Numbered from the stretch's first letter, positions 13,990 through 26,730 are shown. The stretch: DNA of 64,000 bases from Octopus vulgaris (GCA_951406725.2 OX597816.1:31000001-31064000); one strand, 5' to 3'. The notes: a model not told the origin generated them from the sequence alone. Numbers and translations are program-made.

Positions 13990-14160
13990 TCAACACATAA
14001 CTATGATGTTCCCTGACTATCCCTGCTCCTGATCACATGAGGAGATGCACATATTATCAGACACTAAGAGACATGCTCAAGTGGTTAAAGTGGAACATCT
14101 GAAAAGAAATATTTGGTATTGAGTACAATATTCGCTATAATGATATTTCTGCTTCAGCAC
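13990..14160. repeat. Old dispersed repeat, probably LINE 3'-derived; related pieces at about 48752-49215, 54440-54560 (inverted) and 60283-60379
   Basis: Shared motifs GATGCACAT..TCAG.CACTAAG.GACAT.CTCA..TGGT.AAG and ATGACTACCCGTCTGATAAGGGTA.ACC. Confidence 0.6.
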
Positions 14161-14333
14161 CTTAGCACTGAATATGTCTGAAATGTAATGGAAAAGGAAG
14201 CAGTTTCAAAGCATTGATATCCAGGTCACAAAAACAAACTTTGTAGGGAATAGTAATCATTTACTTTGATTTCTACATAGAAGCAACAAGAAAATAACTC
14301 TTACTGAACAAACACAAATAAAAATAAAAATTT

Positions 14334-14419
<86 letters not shown>

Positions 14420-14510
14420 GTATAAGGGTGAAAAGGAACACACGAGTTGATATATATGAAAAAACAAGTCAAAAATAGAAAATGCCAAAATAATTTTATA
14501 GTGAACATTT

Positions 14511-14548
14511 CAGTACCGGTTTCGGTCATTTTGAGACCTTTTCAACTG
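14511..14548 (-). ncRNA. Minimal type I hammerhead ribozyme (U3-A8 core variant)
   Basis: Minus strand: CAG-TTGAAAA-GGTC-TCAAAAT-GACC-GAAA-CCGG-TA-CTG. Stem I is CAG/CTG, stem II is GGTC/GACC, stem III is the palindrome ACCGGT, and the cleavage triplet is GUA. Confidence 0.75.
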
Positions 14549-14860
14549 TAACGATTAAATAATTAAGTTTAGAAAAATTAGAAGAAAAGTTTTTTTAAAG
14601 GAATATTTCTATAGTAGTGTTCAGATATAAGTGGCATTCTGCCTTTCTCTGACTCCCTTGTTTGCACTTGTGTGTCGGAGGTCGTTGTGAGTTCTTGGTA
14701 GGGTAGTAGAGGAAGAAGGCTGATGAGGAAAGGGGGTGGGAGAATCTGGGAGTGCCCTGATGGTCGTATTTTGAATGGTCAGTGGCGGCTGGCAGTCGCA
14801 GTTCAATTCAGGAGAATATTTCTATTGAAAGGCTTGTTTATAGAATTTGCGTAAAGGTGG

Positions 14861-15092
14861 AGAAGTAGAAGTAGAAGAAGAAGAAGAAGAAGAAGAAGAA
14901 GAAGAAGAAGAAGAAGAAGAAGAAGAAGATGACGACGATGTTAATGATGATGATGATGAAGAAGAAGAAGAAGAAGAAGAAGAAGAAGGAGAAGAAGAAG
15001 GAGAAGATGACGATGATGGTGATGGTGGTGATGATTATGACGACGATGATGATGATAATGATGATGATGAAGAAGGAGAGGAAGAAGAAGAA
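14861..15092. repeat. (GAA)n/(GAT)n low-complexity tract inside the PLE 3' region
   Basis: Directly visible. It accounts for the poly-E/D, poly-K/M and poly-H ORFs. Confidence 0.93.
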
Positions 15093-15260
15093 AAAAACAG
15101 AGAAGGGAGAATATGAATGGGTTAAAGTAGTGAGGTGTTGTATGACTTGAAGTTGGCAAGTTATGGATTATAGCTGTGACTTTAGCTGTGATTAGTAATG
15201 GATTATTTGGAATGTAATATTTGTGTGTGAATATTTCTTTTATTCTAAAGTTGAGGTATA

Positions 15261-15998
15261 TTAATTGTTTGTCGTAGACCCGTTAAGAAGTGGCCTGTAT
15301 TTTGTAATAAAGAGAGTTTCTTTACTTATTCGTTGTGTCGAGGTTGTATCGTCCCTAAATTGGTAGAGGGGGAAAATCCTGAAGCTTGGTGTTTTTTTGT
15401 TGGCGCAAGTATCTATGTGTTGGCTAAAAGCTATTTTTCTGTTTTGGGGAATTTTTATCTGGGATCTGTGCAGGGCCATTCGTTTACGCAAACTATTTTT
15501 TGTTTGGCCTATGTACTGCTCTTGACACCCGGAGCAGGTTAGTGAGTATATTTGGTTCTCCGAAGCACATGTGAAGTTGCTTTTCACTGTAAACCGTTGT
15601 CCCTGTTTGAAGGAGAACTCTGATCCCTCAATTAGATAGTCGCATATCCCGCAATTGGGTCTTCCACATATTTTTACTGTCGGCTTCTGTGTTGAAGAGT
15701 GAATTTAGGCTTGTGTTAGGAGACTTTTCATGGATTTAGGCTGTCTCTTGCTTTTTATGATCGTGTGTGTTTGGAGGATTGTGTTCATTCTGTGGTCTTT
15801 TTTTAGGAGGGGTATGTTGTGGAGGATGGTGCCGAAGGCTTCGTTATTGAGAGGGTTGTGTGTGGAGATGTATGGTAAGGCTTTTGGTTGTAAGTTTTTC
15901 TTTGATTTGGGATGTCTCAGTTCCTTGATGTTAAGTTGAAGGGCACGTTGAATGCACTTGTCAATAAGTGAAGGTGGATAGTTCCTGGTGATAAGGGT
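15261..15998 (-). pseudogene. PLE C-terminal coding region with GIY-YIG endonuclease, disrupted near 15707
   Basis: RNYPPSLIDKCIQRA...LPYISTHNP...KRQPKSMKSLL, then CGRPNCGICDY...FTCASENQIYSLTCSGCQEQYIGQTKNSLRKRMALHR (ORF 15261..15587), which contains the PLE IY-CxxC-YIGQT-R-H signature. Confidence 0.9.
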
Positions 15999-16030
15999 AT
16001 CTGATAGCCTGGTCGGTGAAGGGGATCACG

Positions 16031-16096
<66 letters not shown>

Positions 16097-16128
16097 CGTG
16101 ATCCCCTTGACCGACCAGGCTATCAGAT
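15999..16128. repeat. 130-bp near-perfect palindrome: 35-bp arms around (AT)30
   Basis: ATCTGATAGCCTGGTCGGTGAAGGGGATCACGGTG (15999-16033) versus CACCGTGATCCCCTTGACCGACCAGGCTATCAGAT (16094-16128), with one mismatch. Confidence 0.95.
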
Positions 16129-16402
16129 GTTGCTACATATCGCTGGTCACAATGCGCTTCGCATTGTTTTAGCCTTCAAATGACGCCACCCCGCTGGCTA
16201 AGCGAGCAGGCCAACAGTAGAAAGAGTGAGAGAAAGTGGCGGCGAAAGAGTACAGCAAGGATCGCCACCCACCCCCTGCCGGAGCTTTGTGGAGCTTTAG
16301 GTCTTTTCGGTCAATAAACACACGCAAAGCCCGGTCTGTGAATCGAAACCGCAATCCTACAAGCGCGACTCCGCTGACCTAACCGCTGAGCCATTGCGCG
16401 TC

Positions 16403-16405
<3 letters not shown>
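16094..16405 (-). mobile_element. tRNA-derived SINE, family 3, embedded in (TA)n
   Basis: Minus strand starts GTGGACGCGCAATGGCTCAGCGGTTAGG (A-box) and has GGTTTCGATTC (B-box). It is flanked on both sides by (TA)n. Confidence 0.8.
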
Positions 16406-16475
<70 letters not shown>

Positions 16476-17699
16476 TAATAGTGCTAAGAGGCTTAAACTT
16501 GAGCGGATACAGAAGTAAATGCATGGATAAGCAACTTAGATGAATATATAAAGTATGTAATATACTATGACTGTGTGCATATGTGTATGAGTATGTGTGT
16601 GTGCGTTTGTGTGTGTGTGTTTGCGTGTGTGTGTGTGTGAATGAGAGAGAGAGAGCGAGAAAGAGAGAGAGAAGAGAGAACGAGTGTGTTTTTGAGTGAT
16701 CGTGTTTGCGTGAACGCGTTCCAGATATTTTGCTCGTATTTCACCTTGTATTACTTTTATTTCAACACCATCTTCTTCCAATGCCCGAAAGGATCAACAA
16801 AACCAGGAATACAAGGATTCTAAAAGAAAGATCTTCGACAAAAATAGAATTGAAAAATCCATGATTTTTATGGAAGAAGTAAAGACTTAAATATCACGCT
16901 GTAACACTGTTTCCAACAACTACATTATCAGGAACACCAAACTTAAATTAACAGAAAGGAAACTATTATAAATAGCGTGTATAAATCTATTCTTCTTAAT
17001 ATTAGTTCAATAACTATAAATGGAAATGTTGAGAGATTACCATAAATCAACAAATATATTTGCGATATTTTGATACATTAGTCGGTTAAATTCTCATAAA
17101 AATTAAACATAAAATTAATTAAATTTGTTTAACAAAGTATGTGATTTTTTGTTATGCAATTTTTATGTTCTTGCTTTATATAATTTGAAATGAATATGAA
17201 GAATGGTCGATTGTTCTGCTTTCGATCAAACAATGTGTATGTAATACTACTGTCGCATCGGTCACTTATATTCAACTGTGTGCGCTGGCCTAACAAGTAA
17301 ATTTGGTGGATAACGGTGGCCTGCACATTTATGCAAGTCCCTTCTTTTCACGTCACCGCAGATGTTATTGCACAAGGGCGATTCATTAGCGTGGATATAG
17401 CTCGGGGCATGCGTTGCCGCACATGTCACACAAAGGTCTGAAGCAAAAAGCACAATGCATTTCGTCCCACATTCCAAAATCTCCAGCAGTCCACCGCATT
17501 ATTGTGGTACAGTTTTATTCATCTTGAAATAAAGAAGCGCAAAGTTGACCTCAGCGCAATTTGAACACAGAACGCACAGAGACAGAAGTAGCAGAGCGTG
17601 ATAAGCACTAACTACGATGCACTAACAACGATGGTCGTCTGAAAGAAATATATAATTGAACTTAACTATTCTAACTAATATGGTTCGTTCAAATTGCTT

Positions 17700-18620
17700 A
17701 TGCTCGGGAAATACTTATAGTAAGTTTTCCTGTTATTCATCCTTCCAGGCTAATAGTAGTTTCGAACTAGAGCAATCTTCAGTCATTCACTTCTTGACCG
17801 CGAGGGAGTGCAAGATGGTCGATAGTCACGTAAATCTACAGTTTGTGTACAGAGATGTCATTGAAGAATTCAAATTCGACGTATGGACGAAAAGATTTAA
17901 AGATGGAAAAAGAAGAATTTAAGCCTAACTGCGCAGTAGGAGACTATCAGCTGCGATCTCTGACACTAATCACCTTTATTGGTGCGGTTAGAAGAATTAA
18001 AATCTGTGAGTTTTTTGCAAAACTACGCTGGGTACGACATAATGCAACAGTTATGGAAGAATGGGTATCGGAATTCTTGTAAAAAGTGGTTAACTAAGTA
18101 GTTAACTCCCCATTTCAAAACCTTAAGAATGTTAGTTTCGTCTGATAACTAGGAATCGATAGAGACCCTTTTTTTAATCTGATGGGATGTCATATGGAAG
18201 AATGTTTATGATTCGAAAAATAATTCTCCATGCAGGGACTGGTGTCACATGTATTTTCAAGGCCTAAGAATTTCAAAAGCAATTGACCAGCAAAGAATTG
18301 CGAGGGTAGCTGTATGGCAGATGACAAGGTCATAATTTATCTCCTTCGCAGAATGTGGCTACGATGTGGAGAGTGAGGGATACATTGAGTCACTCAAGAT
18401 GTTCAGAGAAATCATTAGGAGGGAGAGAACGTATATGAAAATGAAAACGATTTACGTTCACCATTACAATGCATGGACGAACATTCTGTTACTACAAATC
18501 AGGCAATTGGTAAATTGGGCTAGTATGTTTCACCCATCTATCGTACGGCTCTCCCAACATCCATTTGTCTTTTTTTTACAGAAGAGATGCAATAGTTGTA
18601 ATGAAGGGAGCTCACTAGTG
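17700..18620 (+). pseudogene. Highly decayed mariner transposase
   Basis: EQSSVIHFLTARECKMVDSHVNLQFVY...WTKRFKDGK (N-terminal HTH-like) and YIESLKMFREIIRRER..IYVHHYNAWT (cf. LHHDNARPH). Confidence 0.65.
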
Positions 18621-19499
18621 CACAACTGAATTGTTTGAGTATTTTGAGGGTTGTGTCTAATGACGACGCAAATGCTTTTTCTGGAGATTATGTTGAGTAG
18701 TGCCTTTCATAGACGATTTTTTTCTCTAGCATCGTGTCTAACATGAATGCCTTATGTTTGTTAACAAACAACTATATGGCTGTTTTTTGCATTAGTTTCG
18801 GGTCTCCCACCACACCTTGTCAATTTGATGACAACATTTCATGTGAATATAAGATACAACAGAGTCAAATGAGAATCTGAACAAAAACCTGATATTCTAT
18901 ATTATTTGCATCAGTCATTATACGGGTGTTGCAAACGTAAAGCGCGATAACTGCTATTGCCGAGAGGTGAAATGGTGGGTTAAATAAAACTGATGCTAGT
19001 CTCACATTGCGTGTTGTAACTGATGTCATTCAACTTACCCTGTTGTATATAAAAAGAGTGAGTCAATGCATGATCCCCGTTGTAATCAATTGACATGCTA
19101 GAAATAGTTGTCCTATATGTAAATCTCAAAATTATGTTTTAGAAAAAGCGCATAATGTAGTCCCACAGACACATACTCATGTGGATGCCTCATGGATTTG
19201 TCAATTCAAGAATACACTGGATAATAGGCTTATTCGCTCAAAATGGAATTATGTCCGAATAGGCACATCGGCGTAGAAAACGATTATCTTTACAATATAA
19301 ACGTAAAGAATGCTAATTGCTCACTCATTTCACGTAACCTGAATGTTGTCTTCAATCAAAGTCAACAAGTTAAAAATCCCACTTATTCTGTAGTAAAGAT
19401 TGCATTTCTGATTATGTGTGCATGTTCAATATGAGCACATCTTAAATGATGTCTTATACTGCAGAATATAAATGAAGTTTTAACTAAATATATTGTACG

Positions 19500-19835
19500 G
19501 TTCGTGAAGCTAAAACAGAGAGGATCAGATCCTGCCACAAAACCATTATTACTGGGGGGTTTATGTTAACGGTAAAAGGTGACTGATATATAAAATGCAT
19601 TGAAGCAAAACACAAACATAAATTGTTAATTTCAACGAAACACTGTACGGACAATGATTTTAGTATTAGAAATGGATTCTTACAATATTGTGTATACACA
19701 TCTATGTGCATCCAATAAGCTTCTGTCTATAGTCTTAATTGGTTCATTAGCACTACATTTCGTGTACACTGATGATGAAACTTCAAAAGAAGACCGAAAC
19801 CAATCCAGCATATCCCACTTTTCTTTCCATGTAAA
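19500..19835 (+). mobile_element. Old PLE 3' end with a degenerate hammerhead (about 19766-19810)
   Basis: A C-terminal-like SIRNGFLQYCVY (cf. LNxRxExxxxCxH) is followed by CTGATGA-TGAAACTTC-AAAA-GAAGACC-GAAAC-CAATC-CAG. The fragment ends at a microsatellite. Confidence 0.45.
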
Positions 19836-19922
19836 CATAGATACATGCATACATACATACATACATATATACATACATACATACATACACACAGACACAC
19901 ACACAGACACACACACACACAG

Positions 19923-19981
<59 letters not shown>

Positions 19982-21662
19982 CACACATATATATTAGATA
20001 TTTATATCTACCTATAAAATATAATGCAATCAGAAATCCATAGATATACATTTGTTATAAATTATAGTAATGGAATGAAAGAGTTTTAATCGAGGTAATT
20101 TCCTATAATGCATGACAAAAGCAAGTTGTTCGATCTATTTTCCTTAAACCTTCATTTATACTGCATTTATAAGCACTATATCTGAAGACCACTAAGGAGA
20201 ATACTCATCAGCTGTTCTAAACTTAACGTAGTGTAGATTAAGAAAAAATTTCTATGATGATTGCAGTGCGTGATGTAGAGAGATTTGTCAGCCTCTCCTA
20301 GCAGTTGGAATAAATATCAAGAAACCAGCATGGAATGTCTTATCGCATATAAATAGATATGTACATTAGTTGAATATGATTTGTGGAGAAAAATATCTTA
20401 TAGTATGCTATGCAAAGCACGTCGGCGGTTATTGGCCAACTAATGTCAACGTATTATGGAAGTACCCTTCATCCAGGATATACACAAGGGACTGCATAGT
20501 ATTCGTAGAATTTATATAAACAGATAAATGATAGGAAATGGAAGGACCGATATTCTTTACTTAAATTCTCTACAATTCTTTCGACATATTTTAATACGCA
20601 TAGTACCTTGGTAGGATGTGTGATAACTATTATCCAGAAAAGATGCAAAATGCACCGCCTCAGGTTATAGTTTGAATACTTTCTTCGAAAAATCCTACCG
20701 TCATTTCACTCAGTGCGAAAGTTCAAATCTAATGTGATTAATAATGGAAATGGTGAAATTCTCAGTAATCGTACTATTAGAAACAACAACAAGATGAGTA
20801 GTGAAGGGTGTGTAAACAGCACTAATATTAATCGACAAAACTATAAAGGTAAAATTAGAAGTAAAAGGAAGACTGGTTGCTACCGAATAAAAAATAACGT
20901 GGTATAGAAATGTAATTTCAAGGACAGGAACGCATACCATCATGACAACGTAATATGCAAATGTACAATTATAAGGCAAACAGATGCATTTGTATATACG
21001 TTGGTACAACCGGTAATTGCATCAAACATTTATATCGGAACCAACTTATATGATATCAAAATATTAACAAGACACACTACACATCACTCACTGACCTGGC
21101 ATGTGTATTTAAGGAACTAAAAGTACATTACTACCTCAAGTTTGAGCAATAAATTATGACTGTCCGTAAAATACATTTTAAAGACATTTCAATCTGTGTT
21201 TCTAGTTATCATAAGGGCACACGAGGCACCTACCTGCTAGAAAGTGGGGTTAAATCTCCAGGTAAATCACTAATAACATTGAAAATGCAACAGAAACAAC
21301 AACAGTCGAGCGAACAAGTAAAGCATTTAGACATACAATCATAGGTAAATGCTATATAATCTGGCATTTGGAATACATTAGTATGAGGTTTTAGAGTTCT
21401 GGCGAAAAAGCCTTGACTCATCTCAGCAAGTTTTACCAACTGAAAAAATTCAATTCCTTTTAACTCGACTTTCTAGTAGGTAGGCGGCTTGTGTGCCCTT
21501 AAGATAAATAGAACTTTTTATTCTATAGCTATCTAAAGCTATTTAACGCCTGCAACCACCTATATTATTGTTGGTGTTATTGTCAATTATTTATATTTAC
21601 CGAAAAACAATAATAGCGATAGTAATATCTATATAAACGTTTGCATTTGAATATTTACTCCT

Positions 21663-21715
<53 letters not shown>

Positions 21716-21813
21716 TTTTGGCGCGGAATTTGAGACATAACTAAAAATGTAATTGGTTGGACCGCTCGTGTTTTTGACGCTCGAATCGATCTAATTAATT
21801 GCATTTCTGACAA

Positions 21814-21889
21814 ACTCTACCGAAGATTTATGGATGCAAGTGTAAGTAAAACTACATATTGCATTAGTAATGAAACAATTGTATAGAGT
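21814..21889 (+). ncRNA. Type I hammerhead ribozyme, copy 1 (U4C core, long stem II, palindromic stem III)
   Basis: ACTCTA-CCGAAGA-[45-nt stem II including ATGCAA/TTGCAT]-GAAA-CAATTG-TA-TAGAGT. Predicted cleavage after A21883. Confidence 0.75.
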
Positions 21890-22306
21890 CAATCTATTTT
21901 ATTCGTGGTATTTCACTTTCCTTCAGTTAAATGTGTGTTGATTCTAGTTGGAAACGGACCTTCTGTGGTTGCTTCGGAGCTATTTTTAGCACTAGAGTTA
22001 TCCACATAGTGGATAACTCTCTAATAACTTATGTATAAATTTGTATTTTCTCCGTAGTTTTTTGTGCTAAGCCACTTGGTGTTAAATTGATGGTATTATT
22101 AAATTAATATCGATTTTTCACCCTCATTTATAATTTTATAAATTTAACCATGCGGCAGTTAATATTTTATTTGATGCGGCATACGTTTCCAATGGAGTCT
22201 AGGCACGCTTTTGGCGCGGAATTTGAGACATAACTAAAAATGTAATTGGTTGGACCGCTCGTGTTTTTGACGCTCGAATCGATCTAATTAATTGCATTTC
22301 TGACAA

Positions 22307-22382
22307 ACTCTACCGAAGATTTATGGATGCAAGTGTAAGTAAAACTACATATTGCATTAGTAATGAAACAATTGTATAGAGT
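22307..22382 (+). ncRNA. Type I hammerhead ribozyme, copy 2
   Basis: Identical to 21814-21889. Predicted cleavage after A22376. Confidence 0.75.
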
Positions 22383-22515
22383 CAATCTATTTTATTCGTT
22401 GTATTTCACTTTCCTTCAGTTAAATGTGTGTTGATTCTAGTTGGAAACGGATCTTCTCTGGTTGCTTCGGAGCTATTTTTAGCACTAGAGTTATCCACAT
22501 AGTGGATAACTCTCT

Positions 22516-22830
<315 letters not shown>

Positions 22831-22948
22831 TACATATATATATATATGTGTATGTGTCTGTGTGTGTGTGTATACACATATATATATATACATACATGCA
22901 TACATACATATATAATACACAGACACATACGCACACACACACACACAC

Positions 22949-22999
<51 letters not shown>

Positions 23000-23916
23000 C
23001 ATACATTGTATCGCTAATTGAAGCTGATGTGTCTAATTTGTTTATCCGCATAAGTGCCCCTTTCTTAGATTCCGTCGAAGAAACAAAGAAGCACTTGATA
23101 AGCACTGGAATTGTTAGTCATCGTCGCTTTGTCACTTTATTATATTTAAATGCTTAATTATATTCTTCATTCTGTTTTGCAATTTCTTCATTATAAGGTA
23201 CCCATGCAGAATTGTAATTTATAGTCAACGTGGCATTTTCATCTCTTTAATTATATCTGTATTTAATTAGAACTGTATGTTATCTGTCACTATATGTATG
23301 GATTTAGTTTTGTCGGTAAACAGCTGAATATGAAGCACCTGAGTACACATTCTCATTTTGAGTCAGATGACGATAGGATTTAAAAATAGATCTTCTTTAA
23401 AGAATCAGATGTGGTGGCGCATTTAAATTTGGTTGGATTATAGTCATCACACAACATCTCGCCAATGTACTACGAATGTAAAAATTTGTCAAACCAATTG
23501 CATATCTTCAAAATTATTTTCCAAATAATTAATTAATTTCACAATCGTGATTCATCAAAGATACTGAAATGAACTACTCAGTGTAAGGTGACTTTGAGAT
23601 GCTACTGTGTGGTGACATTATTGGATGCCAACTCAGTTTTAGCTAAACATTTCAGACGATATAGTGAAAGATTATGGTATAATTTGAACTGTATCACGAA
23701 CAATGAAACGTATATACAGTGCGAAAAATATTTTGTTAACAATTTCTGAGGTTTCCAAATATTTTCTATGTATAAATATATGGAAATATTTATGGATATC
23801 AAAGCACAAATAGGCACAAACGCACACACAAACACACACACATACAAGCACACACACACGCACACACACACATACACCCACTCACTTTTTTCTCTTTCCC
23901 TAAACTCTTACTCTCA

Positions 23917-23981
<65 letters not shown>

Positions 23982-24350
23982 TTTATATATATGTATGTAT
24001 GATACAAAAAAATATTTTCCTATTGTACTAGTGAACCTAAATTTAAAGAGGAATCCTACACATGGTAACATAGCAAAGGAGCGAAATTTTTGCTTTCTGT
24101 GGCAAACCTCTCAAGTACTGATCTATCGTTGTCAATAACAATGTATACCGCACACGCTCTCATTCTCCAAACACACACACACACACACATACATACACAC
24201 ACACACACACATACACGAACGCACACATACACACAGACGCACAGACATGCACGCACAAACATATATACACACAAACATTCATTTACGAAATATATACAGG
24301 AAACAATCCTTACAGATGCATGTAAAAATATATAGAAAGTACACACACAC

Positions 24351-24424
<74 letters not shown>

Positions 24425-26000
24425 GTATGTACGTACGTATATATTCATATATATGTGCGTGTGCGTATGTGTGTGTGTGTATATATAGTGCATCAATGAT
24501 ATGAGAAATGTTAGAAAATATGTATTTGAATTTGCAATGCTGTTTCTTTGATAAAGCAACATTAATCCATTGGAATTTAGCTTCGAATTAGCGTGCATCA
24601 ATTTTGTAGAGGAAATGGTAAATTGTAGTACGTTTGAAGAAGATGATTGGTGATTGCTGTAGTTCGCGTTACATTAAAAAAAAAATCCTTGTTGCTTCAA
24701 GGATCCCTTGAGAACATTAAGCTTTCCGTTATCGATTTATTTTCTGCTTTATCCATCGATTTTAGATTTCAGATGTCATTACTTACCTACTACACAAACA
24801 CAACTACACACAGACACACAGAAACACACACAGGCATCCATCTTTAAGTGTATATATATACGTATAAATATATATATATATATACATGCATAAATGTATA
24901 TGTATGTTTATTTTATATATATATATATACATGTGTGTGCGTGTGTGTTTATATATGATTATTTATGTATATATGTATGTGTGTACTTATATATGTGTGT
25001 ATATATAAGTGTATTAGTGTGCGCATATGTGATAGAGAATATGGTAGACCTATATATGTATACGCTTGAAATATTGAAATGTGTAGTTTTCAAGTGTGAA
25101 ACTTTTCGATGTTTCGCATTCTGAATTTAATTGGTCTATTCAAACTTGATACACGAATCTTGCCATTATTCATGACATACAATGTGACCTTAAAAAGATC
25201 AGCATGAGCAAAAATGACGGTTTATACTTAAAATAATTATAATGAATATGCTTTAGACATGAAGTCTTAAAGATTTAAAATTATACAGTATAAGCCTATG
25301 TAGATACCAGAGCTACTTTTATATATATATATATGCATGCATATTGTTTCACTGAACCTGAAAAAGTTCCTAATCTCTTTCTAGAAGTTTCACGTAACCG
25401 ACAATCAGACAGAAGTGAACATCAGGAACAATAGAATCGATTATATATATTTATAAATGGTTCAGCGATAATTATTCCGCATATACTCAAACATGCATGT
25501 AATGCTGATTGGATAGGGGTTAGGACATCTCCAAACTAACGGAATCATGGATAATACTTCGAATGTTGATGAAACCACGATATAAACATTGATAACTTGT
25601 AATATACAGTAGAATAAAGCTGAATTAAACTAATGCATTGATGCAATGATTTTAATATTTGCTGCCTGAGAAATCTCTCAAACACACTTCGTCTAAGTGT
25701 TTGTGATCTATAAACGAAAACACGTCGTAAAAGAAGACGATTGTTTTTCAAAGATAAATGTTTGTTAAAGCAAAAAAAAAAAAAAAAAAATGAGTATAGA
25801 GAGATTTTGTGAGAGATATTTTGTGTTTAAATACATATTTTCTAACATTTCTCATATCATTGATGTACTATATTTTGTGTTTAAATTTCTCACAACCCCT
25901 GAAAACATCAAAGTTGCAGGAAACTTTGAATACATAACGCTTAGAACTTTGAAAGGTCTGCACATAAACATCTGCCAATGCTTCTGTTCACTGCTTGATA

Positions 26001-26611
26001 TTGTTTCAGAAAATAATAATGGCAGACACTTAGCTTACTCAAGAAATGAAGAAGCATGTTGTTATGAAGGGTGGGTATAGCGATTTTGAAATATCACAAG
26101 TTTTAGAAGTTGCCACATTTTTCGAGCATAAAGTTTAAGAAAAAACAAATCAAATTTCCTTCTACTGGATTTTCAGTTTCTTTAAGAACCTTTGAGACCA
26201 GATGTAGTGATTTTATTTTGCTTTTGATAAAAACTTGACCTTTCCTAATCATTTAAGACTTATATTTGATGTCTTCGTGGACAGTATTTCTGACTGTTCC
26301 TTCTGACACATGGAGATTTATTTACCTCATGGACTTTCTGTAATTGTAATCAATGATCTCTTAAACTTGCTGGATAAATTCAAGAGTTCTAATGATTTCA
26401 GAGCGTTTAGAATGCATTTTATGCTTTGATACTGGTGATATCTGTCTATCTTCAGTGTCTAACTCCTCGCATTGCGAACTTTGTTCTCGAAAAATGTGGC
26501 GACTTCTAAAACTTGTGATATTTCAAATTCGCTATGCCCACCCTTCATAACAACATGCTTCTTCATTTCTTGAGTAAGCTGAGGGTCTGCCATTATTTTT
26601 TTCTGAAACAA
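26001..26611. mobile_element. Rearranged Tc1/mariner-superfamily (maT-like) relic: the transposase 5' end is present twice as 135-bp inverted arms
   Basis: 26001-26135 is the reverse complement of 26477-26611 with a few mismatches. The minus strand translates as [13 protein letters not shown]...KMHSKRSEIIRTLEFIQQV...VSEGTVRNTVHEDIKYKS. Confidence 0.7.
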
Positions 26612-26681
26612 AGATTATACAGTATTAGCAAAAGATGCAGCAATGACCCCAAAAATGTATGTCCTCAAACACCTTACGCAT

Positions 26682-26730
<49 letters not shown>

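Larger units (their letters stand above)
14418..15998 (-). mobile_element. 5'-truncated Penelope-like element (Neptune-type): RT thumb/linker, zinc knuckle, GIY-YIG endonuclease and a 3' region with a hammerhead
   Basis: Coding remnant at 15261-15998 and hammerhead at 14511-14548. The 3' end abuts (CA)n(TA)n. Confidence 0.88.
21714..22515 (+). mobile_element. Retrozyme-like non-coding tandem element: a 493-bp unit plus a 309-bp partial second unit, inserted in (TA)n
   Basis: 21714-22022 repeats at 22207-22515 (offset 493, 3 mismatches seen). Each copy has a hammerhead fold and a 12-bp perfect hairpin. There are (TA)n tracts on both sides. Confidence 0.8.

Noticed and set aside
14847-15159. 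Poly-E/D, poly-K/M and poly-H ORFs
   Set aside because: These are translations of a GAA/GAT microsatellite inside the PLE 3' region.
21714-22515. CRISPR array or LTR pair
   Set aside because: There are only 1.6 contiguous units, with no spacers, no TG..CA termini and no PBS/PPT. The context is eukaryotic, and the hammerhead tandem explains it better.
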